Numbered from the stretch's first letter, positions 45,303-55,487 are shown. The stretch: DNA of 64,000 bases from Fibrobacterota bacterium (GCA_043802925.1 JAZDKP010000285.1:6248-70247); one strand, 5' to 3'. The notes: generated by a model not told the origin, from the letters alone. Numbers and translations are program-made.

Positions 45303-45410
45303 GATCCGGGTCAGGCCTTACGCAATGAGGGCCTGTGAATTCCGCCAGGATCGGAAGGTAGCAACGGTAAGCGGTCACCCGCATGTGCCGTAATCAGCCT
45401 GGTCCGGTTC
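45303..45410 (+). ncRNA. ffs: Signal recognition particle RNA (small/4.5S-type)
   Basis: Helix-8 core CCAGGATC-GGAA-GGTAGCAACGG parallels E. coli CAGGUCC-GGAA-GGAAGCAGCC (GGAA tetraloop, AGG/AGCA loops). Closing stem CCGGGTCAGGC/GCCTGGTCCGG. Classical position just upstream of dnaX. Ends are approximate. Confidence 0.78.
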
Positions 45411-45441
45411 ATAAAAAAGCGCGACCTGCCTTTATCTTCTT

Positions 45442-47085
45442 ATGGCCTACCTCGTACTGGCCCGCAAATGGCGCCCCCAGACTCTCGCGGATCTCGTGGG
45501 CCAAAAGCACATCGAGGAAACGCTGGGGCGCGCCATCCAAAGTGGACGCGTGGCCCACGCCTTCCTCTTTACCGGCACGCGCGGCATTGGTAAAACAACC
45601 ACCGCGCGCATCCTGGCCATGGCCCTCAACTGCGAAAAGGGGCCCACGCCGTCACCCTGCGGCGTATGCAGCTCGTGCCGCGAAATCCGCTCGGGTTCCG
45701 GCCTCGATGTGCTCGAAATCGACGGCGCAAGCAATAACAGCGTGGAGGACGTGCGCGCGCTCCGCGAAAACGCGGCGTACACGCCCGCAGGGGGTAAATA
45801 CCGCATCGTCATCATCGACGAAGTGCACATGCTCAGCCGGTCCGCATTCAATGCGCTGCTCAAGACCCTCGAGGAGCCGCCGCCCAATTTTCTCTTCATC
45901 TTTGCGACCACGGAGGTCAACAAGGTCCCGGACACCATCCTGTCGCGCGTCCAGCGCTACGATTTCAAGCGCATCTCCCCGGCCGATATCGCGGGCCGTC
46001 TGCGTTTCATCTGCGGCGAGGAAAAAATCGAATGCGAAGAAGGCGCGCTGGCCTTCATTTCCGAACGCGCGGCTGGCAGCATGCGCGACGCTCTCACCCT
46101 GCTCGACCAAATCATCCCCTACTCCAACGGTAAAATCACGGCCGCGGGGGTGCGCTCCGTGCTCGGGCTGGTGGATACCGAAATCTACCTCGCGTTGTTT
46201 GAACAAATCGCTTCCCGTGACAGCGCGGCCCTGTTGCGCCAGGTGGCCGACCTCTTTTCCGCCGGATACGACCTCGTGGAATTCGCTTCAGGACTGGAGG
46301 AGCACGTGCGCGGCCTGCTCTTCGGCCGTATCAAGGGCGCTGACGCACTCTTCGAATGCCCGGCTGAGACCCGCGTCCGCTACACAACGCAGTCGGCCCG
46401 GTTCACTGAACTCGACCTGCTCCGCATGGCTGAACTCGTTTCGCGCCTGCCCGACCGCGTATCGCGCAGCCCCATGCCCCGCTTTGAGCTCGAGACCGCG
46501 CTTCTCAAGCTGGCCCACCTCGACCGTTCCATCGACATCGCGCAGTTCCTTGCCCGGGGCGGGGCCGATGGCCCTGGTGCCGTTGCGTCGGCACCTGCGG
46601 CAGGCGAACCCGTACGCCCCTCGCGTCCCGCGCCCATCCCTCCCCTGAACCCCTCTCCTGCCGCAACCCCGGGTGACGTATCGCATCTGCAGTCGCGCTG
46701 GCATGAGGTGACCCAGGCCATCCTTGCCGATAACCAGACACTCGGCTCTTTTCTCTCCTATTCCGTTGTGCTCTCCGCAACACCCGAAACGCTCACCCTC
46801 GGAATGAACGAAACGCAGAAGTTTCAGTTCTCGCAGGTCACCCGGCAGGAGAACGTCACCTGGCTTAAGAATTTCCTTCTAAGTAAATACGGCTTTTCAG
46901 GCGCGCTCACGTTTGAAATGACGACACAGGGGAAATCCTCTTCGGCCCATCCCGCAACAGGCGCTTCGCCCGCAGCCCCCAAGACAACGCTCCCCCTGCA
47001 GCAAAAGGAAAACATCAACGACGCTATCCGCAAGGAACCCATTGTCGGAAAAATCCTCGACGTATTCGACGGTAACGTGATATAG
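45442..47085 (+). CDS. dnaX: DNA polymerase III subunit gamma/tau
   Basis: LARKWRPQTLADLVGQ, Walker A GTRGIGKTT, Zn module CGVCSSC, IIDEVHML, FIFATTE. 547 aa. Confidence 0.95.
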   Translation: MAYLVLARKWRPQTLADLVGQKHIEETLGRAIQSGRVAHAFLFTGTRGIGKTTTARILAMALNCEKGPTPSPCGVCSSCREIRSGSGLDVLEIDGASNNSVEDVRALRENAAYTPAGGKYRIVIIDEVHMLSRSAFNALLKTLEEPPPNFLFIFATTEVNKVPDTILSRVQRYDFKRISPADIAGRLRFICGEEKIECEEGALAFISERAAGSMRDALTLLDQIIPYSNGKITAAGVRSVLGLVDTEIYLALFEQIASRDSAALLRQVADLFSAGYDLVEFASGLEEHVRGLLFGRIKGADALFECPAETRVRYTTQSARFTELDLLRMAELVSRLPDRVSRSPMPRFELETALLKLAHLDRSIDIAQFLARGGADGPGAVASAPAAGEPVRPSRPAPIPPLNPSPAATPGDVSHLQSRWHEVTQAILADNQTLGSFLSYSVVLSATPETLTLGMNETQKFQFSQVTRQENVTWLKNFLLSKYGFSGALTFEMTTQGKSSSAHPATGASPAAPKTTLPLQQKENINDAIRKEPIVGKILDVFDGNVI

Positions 47086-47099
47086 AAAGGGGCCATCCA

Positions 47100-47414
47100 A
47101 TGGCAAAAGGCATGAAAGACCTGCTCAAGCAGGCACAGCACATGCAGCGCGAAATGATGAAGGCGCAGGAGGAACTCGCCACCCAGGAGTTCACGGGCAC
47201 CGCAAGCGGTGGCATGGTCACAATCAAAATGAACGGGCAGATGGAAATCACCGGCATCTCCATTAAGAAAGAGGCCGTGGACCCCAATGATGTGGAAATG
47301 CTCGAAGACCTCATCCTGGCTGCCATTGCCAACGCCAAAGAGCAGGCGGGCGCCGCGAGCAGCAGCAAAATGTCGGGCCTCACAGGCGGAATGAAGATAC
47401 CGGGCCTGATGTAA
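47100..47414 (+). CDS. ybaB: Nucleoid-associated protein YbaB/EbfC
   Basis: MKDLLKQAQHMQREMMKAQEEL...GGMVTIKMNG pattern. 104 aa. Confidence 0.93.
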   Translation: MAKGMKDLLKQAQHMQREMMKAQEELATQEFTGTASGGMVTIKMNGQMEITGISIKKEAVDPNDVEMLEDLILAAIANAKEQAGAASSSKMSGLTGGMKIPGLM

Positions 47415-48010
47415 TGGACCTTACCGCGCCCGTGGTCCAGCGCCTGATTGACGAACTCGCCAAGCTCCCCTCCATCGGTAAAAAGAGCGCTCAGCGCCTC
47501 GCCTACCACCTGCTCAAACAAACACCCGAGGAGGCCGACCGCCTGGCGGATGCCATCCGCGAGGCCAAGTCAAAAATCCACGAATGTCGCCTCTGCTTCA
47601 ACTACACGGACGCGGAGCTCTGCCCTGTCTGCTCAAAAGATGGACGCGACAAAAAGCTCATCTGTGTGGTCGAAAAAGCCGCGGACATCCCGGTCATTGA
47701 ACGGGGCGGTGTTTTTAAAGGAGTTTACCACATCCTCGGCGGCGCGCTGTCGCCCATTGACGGCATCACACCCGAGCACCTGCACATTCAAGAACTGCTC
47801 GCGCGCATCGACGGCCCCGGCTACGAAATAATCCTCTCCACAAGCACGGGCACCGAGGGCGAGCACACCTCGCTTTACCTGACCCGGCTCCTGAAAGAAA
47901 AGAACGCGCGGGTGACCCGCATTGCGCGCGGACTGCCGGCCGGTTCCGACATCCAGTACATCGACGAAATCACACTGCTCCGTGCCATCGAAGGCCGGGT
48001 GACGCTCTGA
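47414..48010 (+). CDS. recR: Recombination protein RecR
   Basis: LIDELAKLPSIGKKSAQRLAYHLL (HhH), C4 zinc finger CRLCFNYTDAELCPVC, Toprim VVEKAADIPVIE. Confidence 0.96.
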   Translation: MDLTAPVVQRLIDELAKLPSIGKKSAQRLAYHLLKQTPEEADRLADAIREAKSKIHECRLCFNYTDAELCPVCSKDGRDKKLICVVEKAADIPVIERGGVFKGVYHILGGALSPIDGITPEHLHIQELLARIDGPGYEIILSTSTGTEGEHTSLYLTRLLKEKNARVTRIARGLPAGSDIQYIDEITLLRAIEGRVTL

Positions 48011-48492
48011 TGATGAAGCGCATCCTCTATTTTATCGGCACGTTTGCCTATTCCGGCCGGTCACCCTTTGCGCCGGGAACTGCGGGCTCGCTTGCCGCGC
48101 TGCTCCTTCTGCTCCTTTGTGCGGGTCTGCTGCCCGCCCCCGTCTACGCACCGGTCCTTTCGCTGGGCATCGTACTCTTCATCGCCATCGGTATTCCAGC
48201 GGCCGCTTATATTGAAAAGAACGAGGGCCGGACCGACCCCGGCCTTGTGGTCATTGACGAAGCCGCGGGCCAGTGGATCACCTTTCTCTTCATTCCCGGC
48301 AACATGCTGCTGAGCCACCCCTGGCTGCCGGTCGCAGGTTTTCTCTTGTTCCGCCTTTTCGACATATTCAAGCCCTTCCCCTGCCGCAACGCCGAACGCC
48401 TCGGCGGCGGGCTCGGCATCGTCCTTGACGACGTCATTGCCGGACTTTATGCATCTGTGGTGCTGAACCTTTGTTTCAGGTTTTTCCTTTAG
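48010..48492 (+). CDS. pgpA: Phosphatidylglycerophosphatase A
   Basis: FAPGTAGSLAA, VVIDEAAGQW, FRLFDIFKPFP, GIVLDDVIAGLYA. Confidence 0.88.
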   Translation: MMKRILYFIGTFAYSGRSPFAPGTAGSLAALLLLLLCAGLLPAPVYAPVLSLGIVLFIAIGIPAAAYIEKNEGRTDPGLVVIDEAAGQWITFLFIPGNMLLSHPWLPVAGFLLFRLFDIFKPFPCRNAERLGGGLGIVLDDVIAGLYASVVLNLCFRFFL

Positions 48493-48495
48493 CCG

Positions 48496-49710
48496 ATGCG
48501 TAAAACCAGCGTCACCTGCCGTCTCCTGGCCGTGGGCAACGAACTGCTCCTCGGTGAGGTCGTTGACACCAACACCGCCTTCATGGCAAGGCGACTCACG
48601 GAGAACGGCGTAACGGTCTCTGCCAAGGAGACTCTGCCCGACACGCTCTCCGCCATTGTGCGGGCAGTTCGCAGCGCCCGCGAGGATATCATTCTCCTGT
48701 GCGGAGGCCTTGGCCCCACCCCGGACGACCTCACACGCCACGCACTGGCCCGTGCCTTCAGCTCCACGTGCACACTGGACGCGCGCCAGCTTGAGCGCAT
48801 CGCCGGTTTTTTTTCGCGCATCGGCCGTCCCATGGCTGCCTGCAACCGTGTGCAGGCCATGATTCCGGGCGGCTTTGCTGCAGTCGATAACCCGCACGGC
48901 ACCGCGCCCGCGCTCTTCCGTAAAAAGCCCTTCATTTTTGCGCTCCCCGGTGTTCCGCGCGAGCTTGAAGCGCTCATGAAAGAAAGCGTGTTGCCAGAGA
49001 TACGGAAGGCTTTTTGCCTGCCGGTTCTTCATATCGAAGAGGTCCGGACCCTCGGTATCGGCGAATCCACGCTCTTTGAAAAAATCGAGGACATCAAAAT
49101 ACCCAAAGGTGTCACCTTCGCCTCACTGCCCGAGCTCGGAGCCGTGGTGCTGCGGTTGTGGGGACCGGACCGTAAAGCCGTTTCATCTGTTGCCCGCAAG
49201 ATAGCCATGCGCGTTCGTCCTCATGTCTACGGACATAGAGGCGACACGCTGGAATCCGTCATTCAGGCACGTTTCATCCGGGCCAACCGCACGCTCGCGC
49301 TGGCTGAATCCTGCACCGGCGGGCGGGTGGCATCGCGACTCACCGCGGTCCCGGAAAGCTCGCGCTATTTCCTCGGGGGCGTGGTCGCCTACAGCAACGC
49401 GCTGAAGATGAAGTTCCTCGGCGTCAAAGCCGCCACGCTCAAGAAACACGGCGCGGTAAGCGCCGAATGCGCACGGGAGATGGCCGAAGGCGCGCGCCAA
49501 CGCATGGGCGCGGATGTCGCGGCCTCGGTGACCGGCATCGCGGGCCCGGACGGCGGCACGGACGCCAAGCCCGTGGGTACGGTGTTCATGGCTTGCGCAT
49601 CGCGCAAAGGCACGGAGGTGCAGTCGTTGAATCTGTGGGGCAGCCGGAAGGCGGTTCAGGAACGGAGCGTAAGCGCGGTGCTGGGGATGTTGCATAAAGC
49701 AGCGTTATAA
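48496..49710 (+). CDS. cinA: CinA family protein (MoCF-binding domain + nicotinamide-nucleotide amidohydrolase PncC domain)
   Basis: LLAVGNELLLGEVVDTN, CGGLGPTPDDLT. C-terminal LALAESCTGGRVASRLT, GGVVAYSN, TGIAGPDGG. Confidence 0.9.
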   Translation: MRKTSVTCRLLAVGNELLLGEVVDTNTAFMARRLTENGVTVSAKETLPDTLSAIVRAVRSAREDIILLCGGLGPTPDDLTRHALARAFSSTCTLDARQLERIAGFFSRIGRPMAACNRVQAMIPGGFAAVDNPHGTAPALFRKKPFIFALPGVPRELEALMKESVLPEIRKAFCLPVLHIEEVRTLGIGESTLFEKIEDIKIPKGVTFASLPELGAVVLRLWGPDRKAVSSVARKIAMRVRPHVYGHRGDTLESVIQARFIRANRTLALAESCTGGRVASRLTAVPESSRYFLGGVVAYSNALKMKFLGVKAATLKKHGAVSAECAREMAEGARQRMGADVAASVTGIAGPDGGTDAKPVGTVFMACASRKGTEVQSLNLWGSRKAVQERSVSAVLGMLHKAAL

Positions 49711-49761
49711 ATCTCAAACTTGCATCTTTCCCCCCGAGACACTATCTTTTCCCTTAACGCC

Positions 49762-51207
49762 ATGAACCCACTCTCACGAAAAAGCCTTATCGTCCTTTTT
49801 ACCGCCTTCCCGGTTGGCGCGTTCCTGGCCTGGGCCGTGTGGCGCGCGGACCTCGGCTTGGTCTCCAGCACCTACGGCCGCACCTTCGAGCTCTACGAAC
49901 TCTTCGGCTTCTGCATCTCCCTCGCACTCATCAGCGTGGCTGCAATCGAAGTCCGGCTCAAACGAAAGGCCGGATGGAAGGCGCTCTCCGCGCCCGGGCT
50001 CTTTATACTCGTCAGTTTCACCCTGCTCGCCTGGCGCACGGAATACCCCGGCCCCTCCATGGACTACCAGTGCTTTGAACGGAGCGCGGTCAAACACCTT
50101 CAGGGACAAAACCCCTACCCCGGCACCAAATACGAATACCCGCCACTGATGGTGCAGGCCACAGCCTTCTCTTTTAAAGTTCTGAAAGCGGGCGCTGCCG
50201 TGATACATTTAAAAATCACGGGGCCCGGTATCTGGCGCATGCTCTATTTCCTCTACTCCGCGCTGCACTTCGCAGCCATTCTCGCTGCCTTCCTTCTACT
50301 GTACCGGCTGGCGCTTCGAATAGGGTACACGGACCCGTGGGCATCGCTTGTGTGTGCGGGCCTTTTCCTCTTCAACACCCCGCTCCTGCAGGCCATCCAG
50401 TTCAACCAGACAAATATCTTCATTCTTGATGTTTTGCTTGCTGTTCTGCTCCTACCAAAGAAGTTCGACTGGCTTTCCGGCCTGCTCGTAGCAGTCGGCA
50501 CGGCCTTCAAGCTCTATCCCGTCCTTATACTCCTGCCCTGGGCCGTTCTCCGCCGGACCCGGGCCCTGGCCTTTGCAGCCCTCGGGGGTGTTGCCATTCT
50601 CGCGGTACAAACGCACGGGTTCACGGACTGGACACTGTACGGCCAATTTTTCTCTTTCTTTCTGCATGACTATCCGCAATACACCCATTACCGGAACAAC
50701 TGCTTTTACAGTCTTGCGGCCAACACATTCACCATGATACGTTACCATGTAGTGGGTATGGACGGACAGACCTGGCGCATCTTTTCCGGAACGTTCTCCT
50801 CCGCGGCCGTGCTCCTCTGCATTGCCTGGTTCGCTTGGCGCGGGCTTAGGCGCAGACTCTCCTTTCTCTCAGCGCTCCATTACGGGCAAGACCGCGCAAC
50901 GGCCAATGAAGAGCATGAACGCCGCTGGCTCCTCGACATGCTGCCCCTCATGCTGCTCGTGTCGCCTACGGTATGGCCACACCATTTCGTGCTGGTCATG
51001 CCGTTCGCGCTCCAGGCCCTCTACGACGCCAAACAAAAAAGCCCGATGCTTATCGGGCTTTTTGTCGGACTTGTTTTTCTGCTGCCGGTCTTCGATTTTT
51101 ATCCGTTCAGTTACCACCGGCTGGCCGGTCTTATCGGCCTCTGTCTTGTGGCGCCGATGACCCTCAGTTTCCTGAAGGCATCGTTGGCATCAGTTCCGCG
51201 GGCTTAG
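49762..51207 (+). CDS. Polytopic membrane protein, GT87/DUF2029-like glycosyltransferase candidate
   Basis: About 12 TM segments. YEYPPLMVQA loop motif typical of DUF2029/GT-C enzymes. ATG at 49762 preferred over TTG at 49720. Confidence 0.6.
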   Translation: MNPLSRKSLIVLFTAFPVGAFLAWAVWRADLGLVSSTYGRTFELYELFGFCISLALISVAAIEVRLKRKAGWKALSAPGLFILVSFTLLAWRTEYPGPSMDYQCFERSAVKHLQGQNPYPGTKYEYPPLMVQATAFSFKVLKAGAAVIHLKITGPGIWRMLYFLYSALHFAAILAAFLLLYRLALRIGYTDPWASLVCAGLFLFNTPLLQAIQFNQTNIFILDVLLAVLLLPKKFDWLSGLLVAVGTAFKLYPVLILLPWAVLRRTRALAFAALGGVAILAVQTHGFTDWTLYGQFFSFFLHDYPQYTHYRNNCFYSLAANTFTMIRYHVVGMDGQTWRIFSGTFSSAAVLLCIAWFAWRGLRRRLSFLSALHYGQDRATANEEHERRWLLDMLPLMLLVSPTVWPHHFVLVMPFALQALYDAKQKSPMLIGLFVGLVFLLPVFDFYPFSYHRLAGLIGLCLVAPMTLSFLKASLASVPRA

Positions 51208-52165
51208 CCGCAGCAGGTGCGGCCGCCGCCGAGGGAGGCGGAGCCGTGAGCTCGGCCAGGTTCGGCTTCAACGGGTCCAACCGTCCCTTCCCGACCAGGT
51301 ACTTGTGATCATCCCCTTCGATCCGCACAAAACGGTTGCCGTTCTGCTCGTTCCCCGCAATCAGGGTCACGGAGGAGCCGTCCCCTTTTTTGAGCGTGGC
51401 CATCAGGAAAGGCTTGTCAAAGCCGGGGGAAGTGGTGTCCTTATCGTACCAGTCGTCCGCTTCCAGGCCGCAAAAGCGCGCAAGATATTCGTTTAATTTT
51501 GCGCTGTTTCCGTCCGCGGTCATAGGCTTGTCAATCTTCCACGCGGACTTGTCATTTAAAAAGTGCGCGGAGAATTCGAGCATTTTGACGCTGTCCTTGC
51601 CTTCGCCCCGGTACTGCACAGCAAGGTCGCTCACGTTGTCCTTGTTGAGCGAAAGGACCGCCTTGTTCCGGTACCCATTGGCGCGCGTGGTGAACGCATT
51701 GTCGAGGACGCCCTTACTGACGTAGACTTCGTTCTGCCCGTCGAGCCGCACATAGCTACCGGTGTAGCCCTGGGCCGTGCCGCCGATGATGAAGTTGAAG
51801 CGCACACCGCCCCCCTCCACCGCGACCCGGATGCCAGCCGCAGTGTCGACGCGCATTTCACCGAAGCGTGCCGGGTTTTTAGCGACCGCGTTGCCTTTCT
51901 TCTGTTCTGAAAGCAACGTAAGCATTTCATTTATCTTGACCGTATCCGCGGGATACCGTCCGTTGGCCGTGGCAAACCACGCGCCGTTCTCCTTGACCAG
52001 TTCCTCGCGCGCGCCATGCTGGGAAATGACGAGGCGGATGACCGAGGCCTTCTGGAAGCCTTTGAACAGGGACGGGGCCTCTTTGCGCTGCGACAAGGTG
52101 TTGATCGCAATGATAATCGCGACGACACCGGCGAGAACTGCGAGCAGGGTCAGGTTCTTTTTCAT
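51164..52165 (-). CDS. DUF4340-like protein (partner of GldG-type ABC systems)
   Basis: N-terminal TM anchor, repeated beta-rich modules. Gene order directly downstream of the GldG-like gene, with ATGA overlap. Confidence 0.65.
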   Translation of the reverse strand: MKKNLTLLAVLAGVVAIIIAINTLSQRKEAPSLFKGFQKASVIRLVISQHGAREELVKENGAWFATANGRYPADTVKINEMLTLLSEQKKGNAVAKNPARFGEMRVDTAAGIRVAVEGGGVRFNFIIGGTAQGYTGSYVRLDGQNEVYVSKGVLDNAFTTRANGYRNKAVLSLNKDNVSDLAVQYRGEGKDSVKMLEFSAHFLNDKSAWKIDKPMTADGNSAKLNEYLARFCGLEADDWYDKDTTSPGFDKPFLMATLKKGDGSSVTLIAGNEQNGNRFVRIEGDDHKYLVGKGRLDPLKPNLAELTAPPPSAAAAPAAAKPAELMPTMPSGN

Positions 52166-53841
52166 GCCTCTCCTCCTTTCCGGGTGCGGTTACGGCGGCG
52201 GACATACACAAAGATGCCGATGGCCACGACCAGCAGGGGCATGACGCCCATGTTGAGGATGCTGATTGCGGACTTGGCGCCCATGGAAAGCTTGGGGTCA
52301 ATCAGCCGCTCGTCAACCTCCTTGCTGCGGATGCTGATGAGATTGTCGCCCAGCGTGAGCCATTCAATGAGGTTGACCATGAAAAGCGCGCTCTCGCGCG
52401 GGCCGCCATCAGAAAGGAAGTCGGAGTCGCCGATAAGCACCACCGTTGTTTTGGAACTCTTGGCAAGCGGGGAACGCGTTGCGTCATCGGGCGCGGGCCG
52501 GAGCATTTGCGAGGTGTCGCCCGGCATTTTGAACATGGGGACGGGCTTCCCCGAGTAGAACGAATTGAACTCGCCGGTCAGCACCACGCCCAGGTCGTAG
52601 CCTTTGAGCTTGTCGCGCTCAAAGTTCCACTTTTTATTGGGCGAGAGGTCGAAATTGTCGGTGAATTCCATGGCAAAGGGCGTGGTTTTTAGAAGCGAAA
52701 GGGCCTGAACCGAAGGATGGTTTTTGGCCAGCGTGGTCGTGACCGCGCTGGGCCACATAAAGGTGAGCTGCTGGAGGCAGGACACGGCCGGGTTGTCGGC
52801 CGCAAAGCCGCCCCGCACCACGGTGACCCAGTAGGGATAGGGCGCGGACACGGGCATGACAAAGCCGCCGTAGTTCACCTGATAGGTGATGTTGGCGTGC
52901 GACCGCGCGTCGGCCACGATGTCCTGCTCGACCTTGGCGCCGTAAGACTCGAAAAGGTCGCTGCTGTTGTGCGCCTGCTTCATGGCATTGACGCCATAGC
53001 TGGTGACGATTTCCATGGCGTCGATGAGCGCCACGAGGCGGCCGCCGCGCATGACAAACTGGTCCAGCTCAAACTTTTCGCGCTCGGAGAGCGACTTGGG
53101 GCCGGCCACCACGAGCGTGGCGATTTCAGAGGGGACCTTTTCGCCCCGTTCCAGCCCGTTGACCGCGCGGACCTCAAACTGCTCCTGAAGCCCCTTTTTG
53201 ATGTTGTTGTAGCTGGCCGGGGGCTGCTGCTGGCGGTTCTGCGGCATCATGTCCTCGCCGGTGAACATGTGCGGGCCGTTCCCGAAGTAGAAACCCACCT
53301 GCTTGACCTCGGTGCGCGTCACTTTGAGGATGCGGCTGGTGAGGTCGTACTCGAGGTTGCCCACGTTGTTCAGGACCGGGATCATCTCCTTTTTGTCGCC
53401 GTAAAGGATGGCAAGGCCCATAAAGCACATCACGTTCTGCTGCTTGTCCTTTTCAATGATCTGCATGGGGACTTCCTGCAGACCCAGGGACTGCGCCGCG
53501 CTCTTGACGTCAGGGTTATCGGTGGGGTCGAAGTATTCGACCGTCACCTTGCCGCGGCCGTAGGCCTCGTATTCGGACAGGAGGTCCTTGATGGAGCGGG
53601 TGAGGTTCATGGCCAGGGGCGGAAGGTCCTTTTCCGAGATATAAACCTTAAGCGTGACCAGGTCATCAAGGTTCTTGATGACCTTTTTGCTGGCCTTGGA
53701 AATAGTGAACATTTTATTGGCCGTGAGGTCCGCGCGCACAAAGACCCGGGACGCGAGATAGTTCACAACGCACACAAAGCCGAGGACAATGACGATAAAC
53801 AGGAGGAAATTGGTGCGGTTCGCAATGAGTTTTTTATCCAT
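52162..53841 (-). CDS. GldG-family ABC-transporter auxiliary protein
   Basis: N- and C-terminal TM anchors with a large extracytoplasmic domain (RADLTANKMFTIS..., VLIGDSDFLSD). Position after the GldA/GldF-like genes. Confidence 0.78.
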   Translation of the reverse strand: MDKKLIANRTNFLLFIVIVLGFVCVVNYLASRVFVRADLTANKMFTISKASKKVIKNLDDLVTLKVYISEKDLPPLAMNLTRSIKDLLSEYEAYGRGKVTVEYFDPTDNPDVKSAAQSLGLQEVPMQIIEKDKQQNVMCFMGLAILYGDKKEMIPVLNNVGNLEYDLTSRILKVTRTEVKQVGFYFGNGPHMFTGEDMMPQNRQQQPPASYNNIKKGLQEQFEVRAVNGLERGEKVPSEIATLVVAGPKSLSEREKFELDQFVMRGGRLVALIDAMEIVTSYGVNAMKQAHNSSDLFESYGAKVEQDIVADARSHANITYQVNYGGFVMPVSAPYPYWVTVVRGGFAADNPAVSCLQQLTFMWPSAVTTTLAKNHPSVQALSLLKTTPFAMEFTDNFDLSPNKKWNFERDKLKGYDLGVVLTGEFNSFYSGKPVPMFKMPGDTSQMLRPAPDDATRSPLAKSSKTTVVLIGDSDFLSDGGPRESALFMVNLIEWLTLGDNLISIRSKEVDERLIDPKLSMGAKSAISILNMGVMPLLVVAIGIFVYVRRRNRTRKGGEA

Positions 53842-53844
53842 GTC

Positions 53845-54561
53845 TTACCTCCATTTCCGGTTTTCAATCGCGTAGGCGTTGAGGAAGAGGAAGACGCCGA
53901 TGACGCTGAGATAGTAGATGATGTCGCGGGAGTCGAGGACCCCGCGCGAGATGCTTTCGTAATGGTTGGCGAGGCCCAGGGTGTAAAAGACCGGCACCAT
54001 AAAACCAGGGAGAGAAAAGGTGACGAACGGGGATCCTATAATATAGAACCCGAAGGTCACCACCACACCACCGATAAAGGCGATGATTTGGTTTTCGGTG
54101 AGATGCGACACGAACATACCGATGGCAAGGTACGCACCGCCCATGAGCACCGCACCCGCATAGCCGCCAATGATGGGACCCCATTCAGGGTCGCCCGCAA
54201 TGGCCAGGCTGATAGGGACGGAGACCGAAAGGACGAAGGAAACACAAAGGAAAGCGTACGCGGCCAGGAACTTGCCCATCACAACCTCGCTGACTTTAAG
54301 CGGCAGGGTGAACAGGAGTTCGATGGTCCCGGACTTCTTTTCCTCGGCCCAGAGCCGCATGGAGACCGCGGGGACAAAGAAAAGAAAGAGGATGGGCAGC
54401 AGGCTGAAGTAGGAACGCATGGTGTCCTGCCCGCCGATGAAGAAGGTCTTGAAGAACAGCCAGTTGGTGAGCCCCACGTACACCGTCAGGTAAAAGTACG
54501 CGATGGGCGACGAGAAGTAACTGGAAAACTCCTTTTTGAATACCGCTAAAAACCGTGTCAT
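53845..54561 (-). CDS. ABC-2 type transporter permease (GldF-like)
   Basis: 238 aa, 6 TM segments. N-terminal FKKEFSSYFSSPIAY pattern of ABC-2 permeases. Confidence 0.85.
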   Translation of the reverse strand: MTRFLAVFKKEFSSYFSSPIAYFYLTVYVGLTNWLFFKTFFIGGQDTMRSYFSLLPILFLFFVPAVSMRLWAEEKKSGTIELLFTLPLKVSEVVMGKFLAAYAFLCVSFVLSVSVPISLAIAGDPEWGPIIGGYAGAVLMGGAYLAIGMFVSHLTENQIIAFIGGVVVTFGFYIIGSPFVTFSLPGFMVPVFYTLGLANHYESISRGVLDSRDIIYYLSVIGVFLFLNAYAIENRKWR

Positions 54562-55487
54562 TGTCCGCTCCTTGTCAAACGGGTGAACACATCCTCGAGG
54601 CTCGCGCCTTCGGTGCGGAGTTCGGCCAGGGAAAAGCCGTTGTCCGCGGCCAGGCGGAAAACCGCTTCCGCAATCTTTTGGCCGTGAATGGGGGTGATTT
54701 CAAACGTGTGCAGGCCGTCGGCCTCGCCCACGTGGCGTACCTGGTCCGCGCCGCCGAAGGAACGGAGCCTGGCCTCGATGGCGTTGCGGTCGCCGCGCAA
54801 TTTGGCGAGGACGTACTCCTTGGAACTGGCTGAAAGCTCGGCCAGCGTGCCGGAACCCACGATTTTTCCCTCGTTGATGATGATGGCGCGGTCGCACACG
54901 GCCGACACCTCGGGAAGGATGTGGGTGGAGAGAATGACCGTCTTTTCCTTGCCCAGGTTGCGGATGAGCTCGCGGATTTCGATGATTTGATTGGGGTCGA
55001 GACCGCTTGTGGGCTCATCGAGGATGAGCACGTCAGGGTCGTGGATGATGGCCTGGGCCAGGCCCACGCGCTGCCGGAAGCCCTTGGAGAGCTCACCGAT
55101 GGGACGACGCATCACGGTTTTGAGGCCGCAAATCTGGGTGATCTGGTCAAGCCGCGCAGGGAGCTTTGCAGCCTCAATTTGCCGGACTTCGGCAATGAAG
55201 CGCAAAAAGGTCACGACATCCATGTCGTGGTAGAGCGGCGCGCTCTCGGGAAGGTAGCCCACCTTGGCCCGCACCTCCAGGGGCTGGCGTTCGACGTCAA
55301 GGCCCGCGATGCTCGCGGTCCCGCTGGTGGCGCCGATGAAGCAGGTGAGAATCTTCATCGTGGTGGTCTTGCCCGCGCCGTTGGGGCCGAGGAATCCGAC
55401 AATCTCCCCCTTGTTCACCTCAAAGGAGATGTCATCCACGGCCCGGATGGTACCGTACGCCTTCTTCAGGTTGTCCACTTTAATCAT
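54558..55487 (-). CDS. ABC transporter ATP-binding protein (GldA-like)
   Basis: Walker A GPNGAGKTT, signature LSKGFRQRVGLAQAI, Walker B LILDEPTSGLD, H-loop LSTHIL. Confidence 0.93.
   Translation of the reverse strand: MIKVDNLKKAYGTIRAVDDISFEVNKGEIVGFLGPNGAGKTTTMKILTCFIGATSGTASIAGLDVERQPLEVRAKVGYLPESAPLYHDMDVVTFLRFIAEVRQIEAAKLPARLDQITQICGLKTVMRRPIGELSKGFRQRVGLAQAIIHDPDVLILDEPTSGLDPNQIIEIRELIRNLGKEKTVILSTHILPEVSAVCDRAIIINEGKIVGSGTLAELSASSKEYVLAKLRGDRNAIEARLRSFGGADQVRHVGEADGLHTFEITPIHGQKIAEAVFRLAADNGFSLAELRTEGASLEDVFTRLTRSGQ

Noticed and set aside
46015-46030. A6 run in dnaX (GAAAAAATC) as a possible gamma-subunit frameshift site
   Set aside because: It is not in the X XXY YYZ register. It lies around codon 195, far upstream of where tau/gamma frameshifting occurs, and no downstream hairpin is present.
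45383-46648. 421-aa plus-strand ORF overlapping dnaX in another frame
   Set aside because: The dnaX frame (45442-47085) carries all clamp-loader motifs. The alternative frame is Arg/Ser/Pro/Ala-rich and starts within the 3' part of the SRP RNA.
52717-54549. 610-aa plus-strand ORF
   Set aside because: Antisense to the GldG-like and GldF-like genes. No motifs, typical GC shadow.
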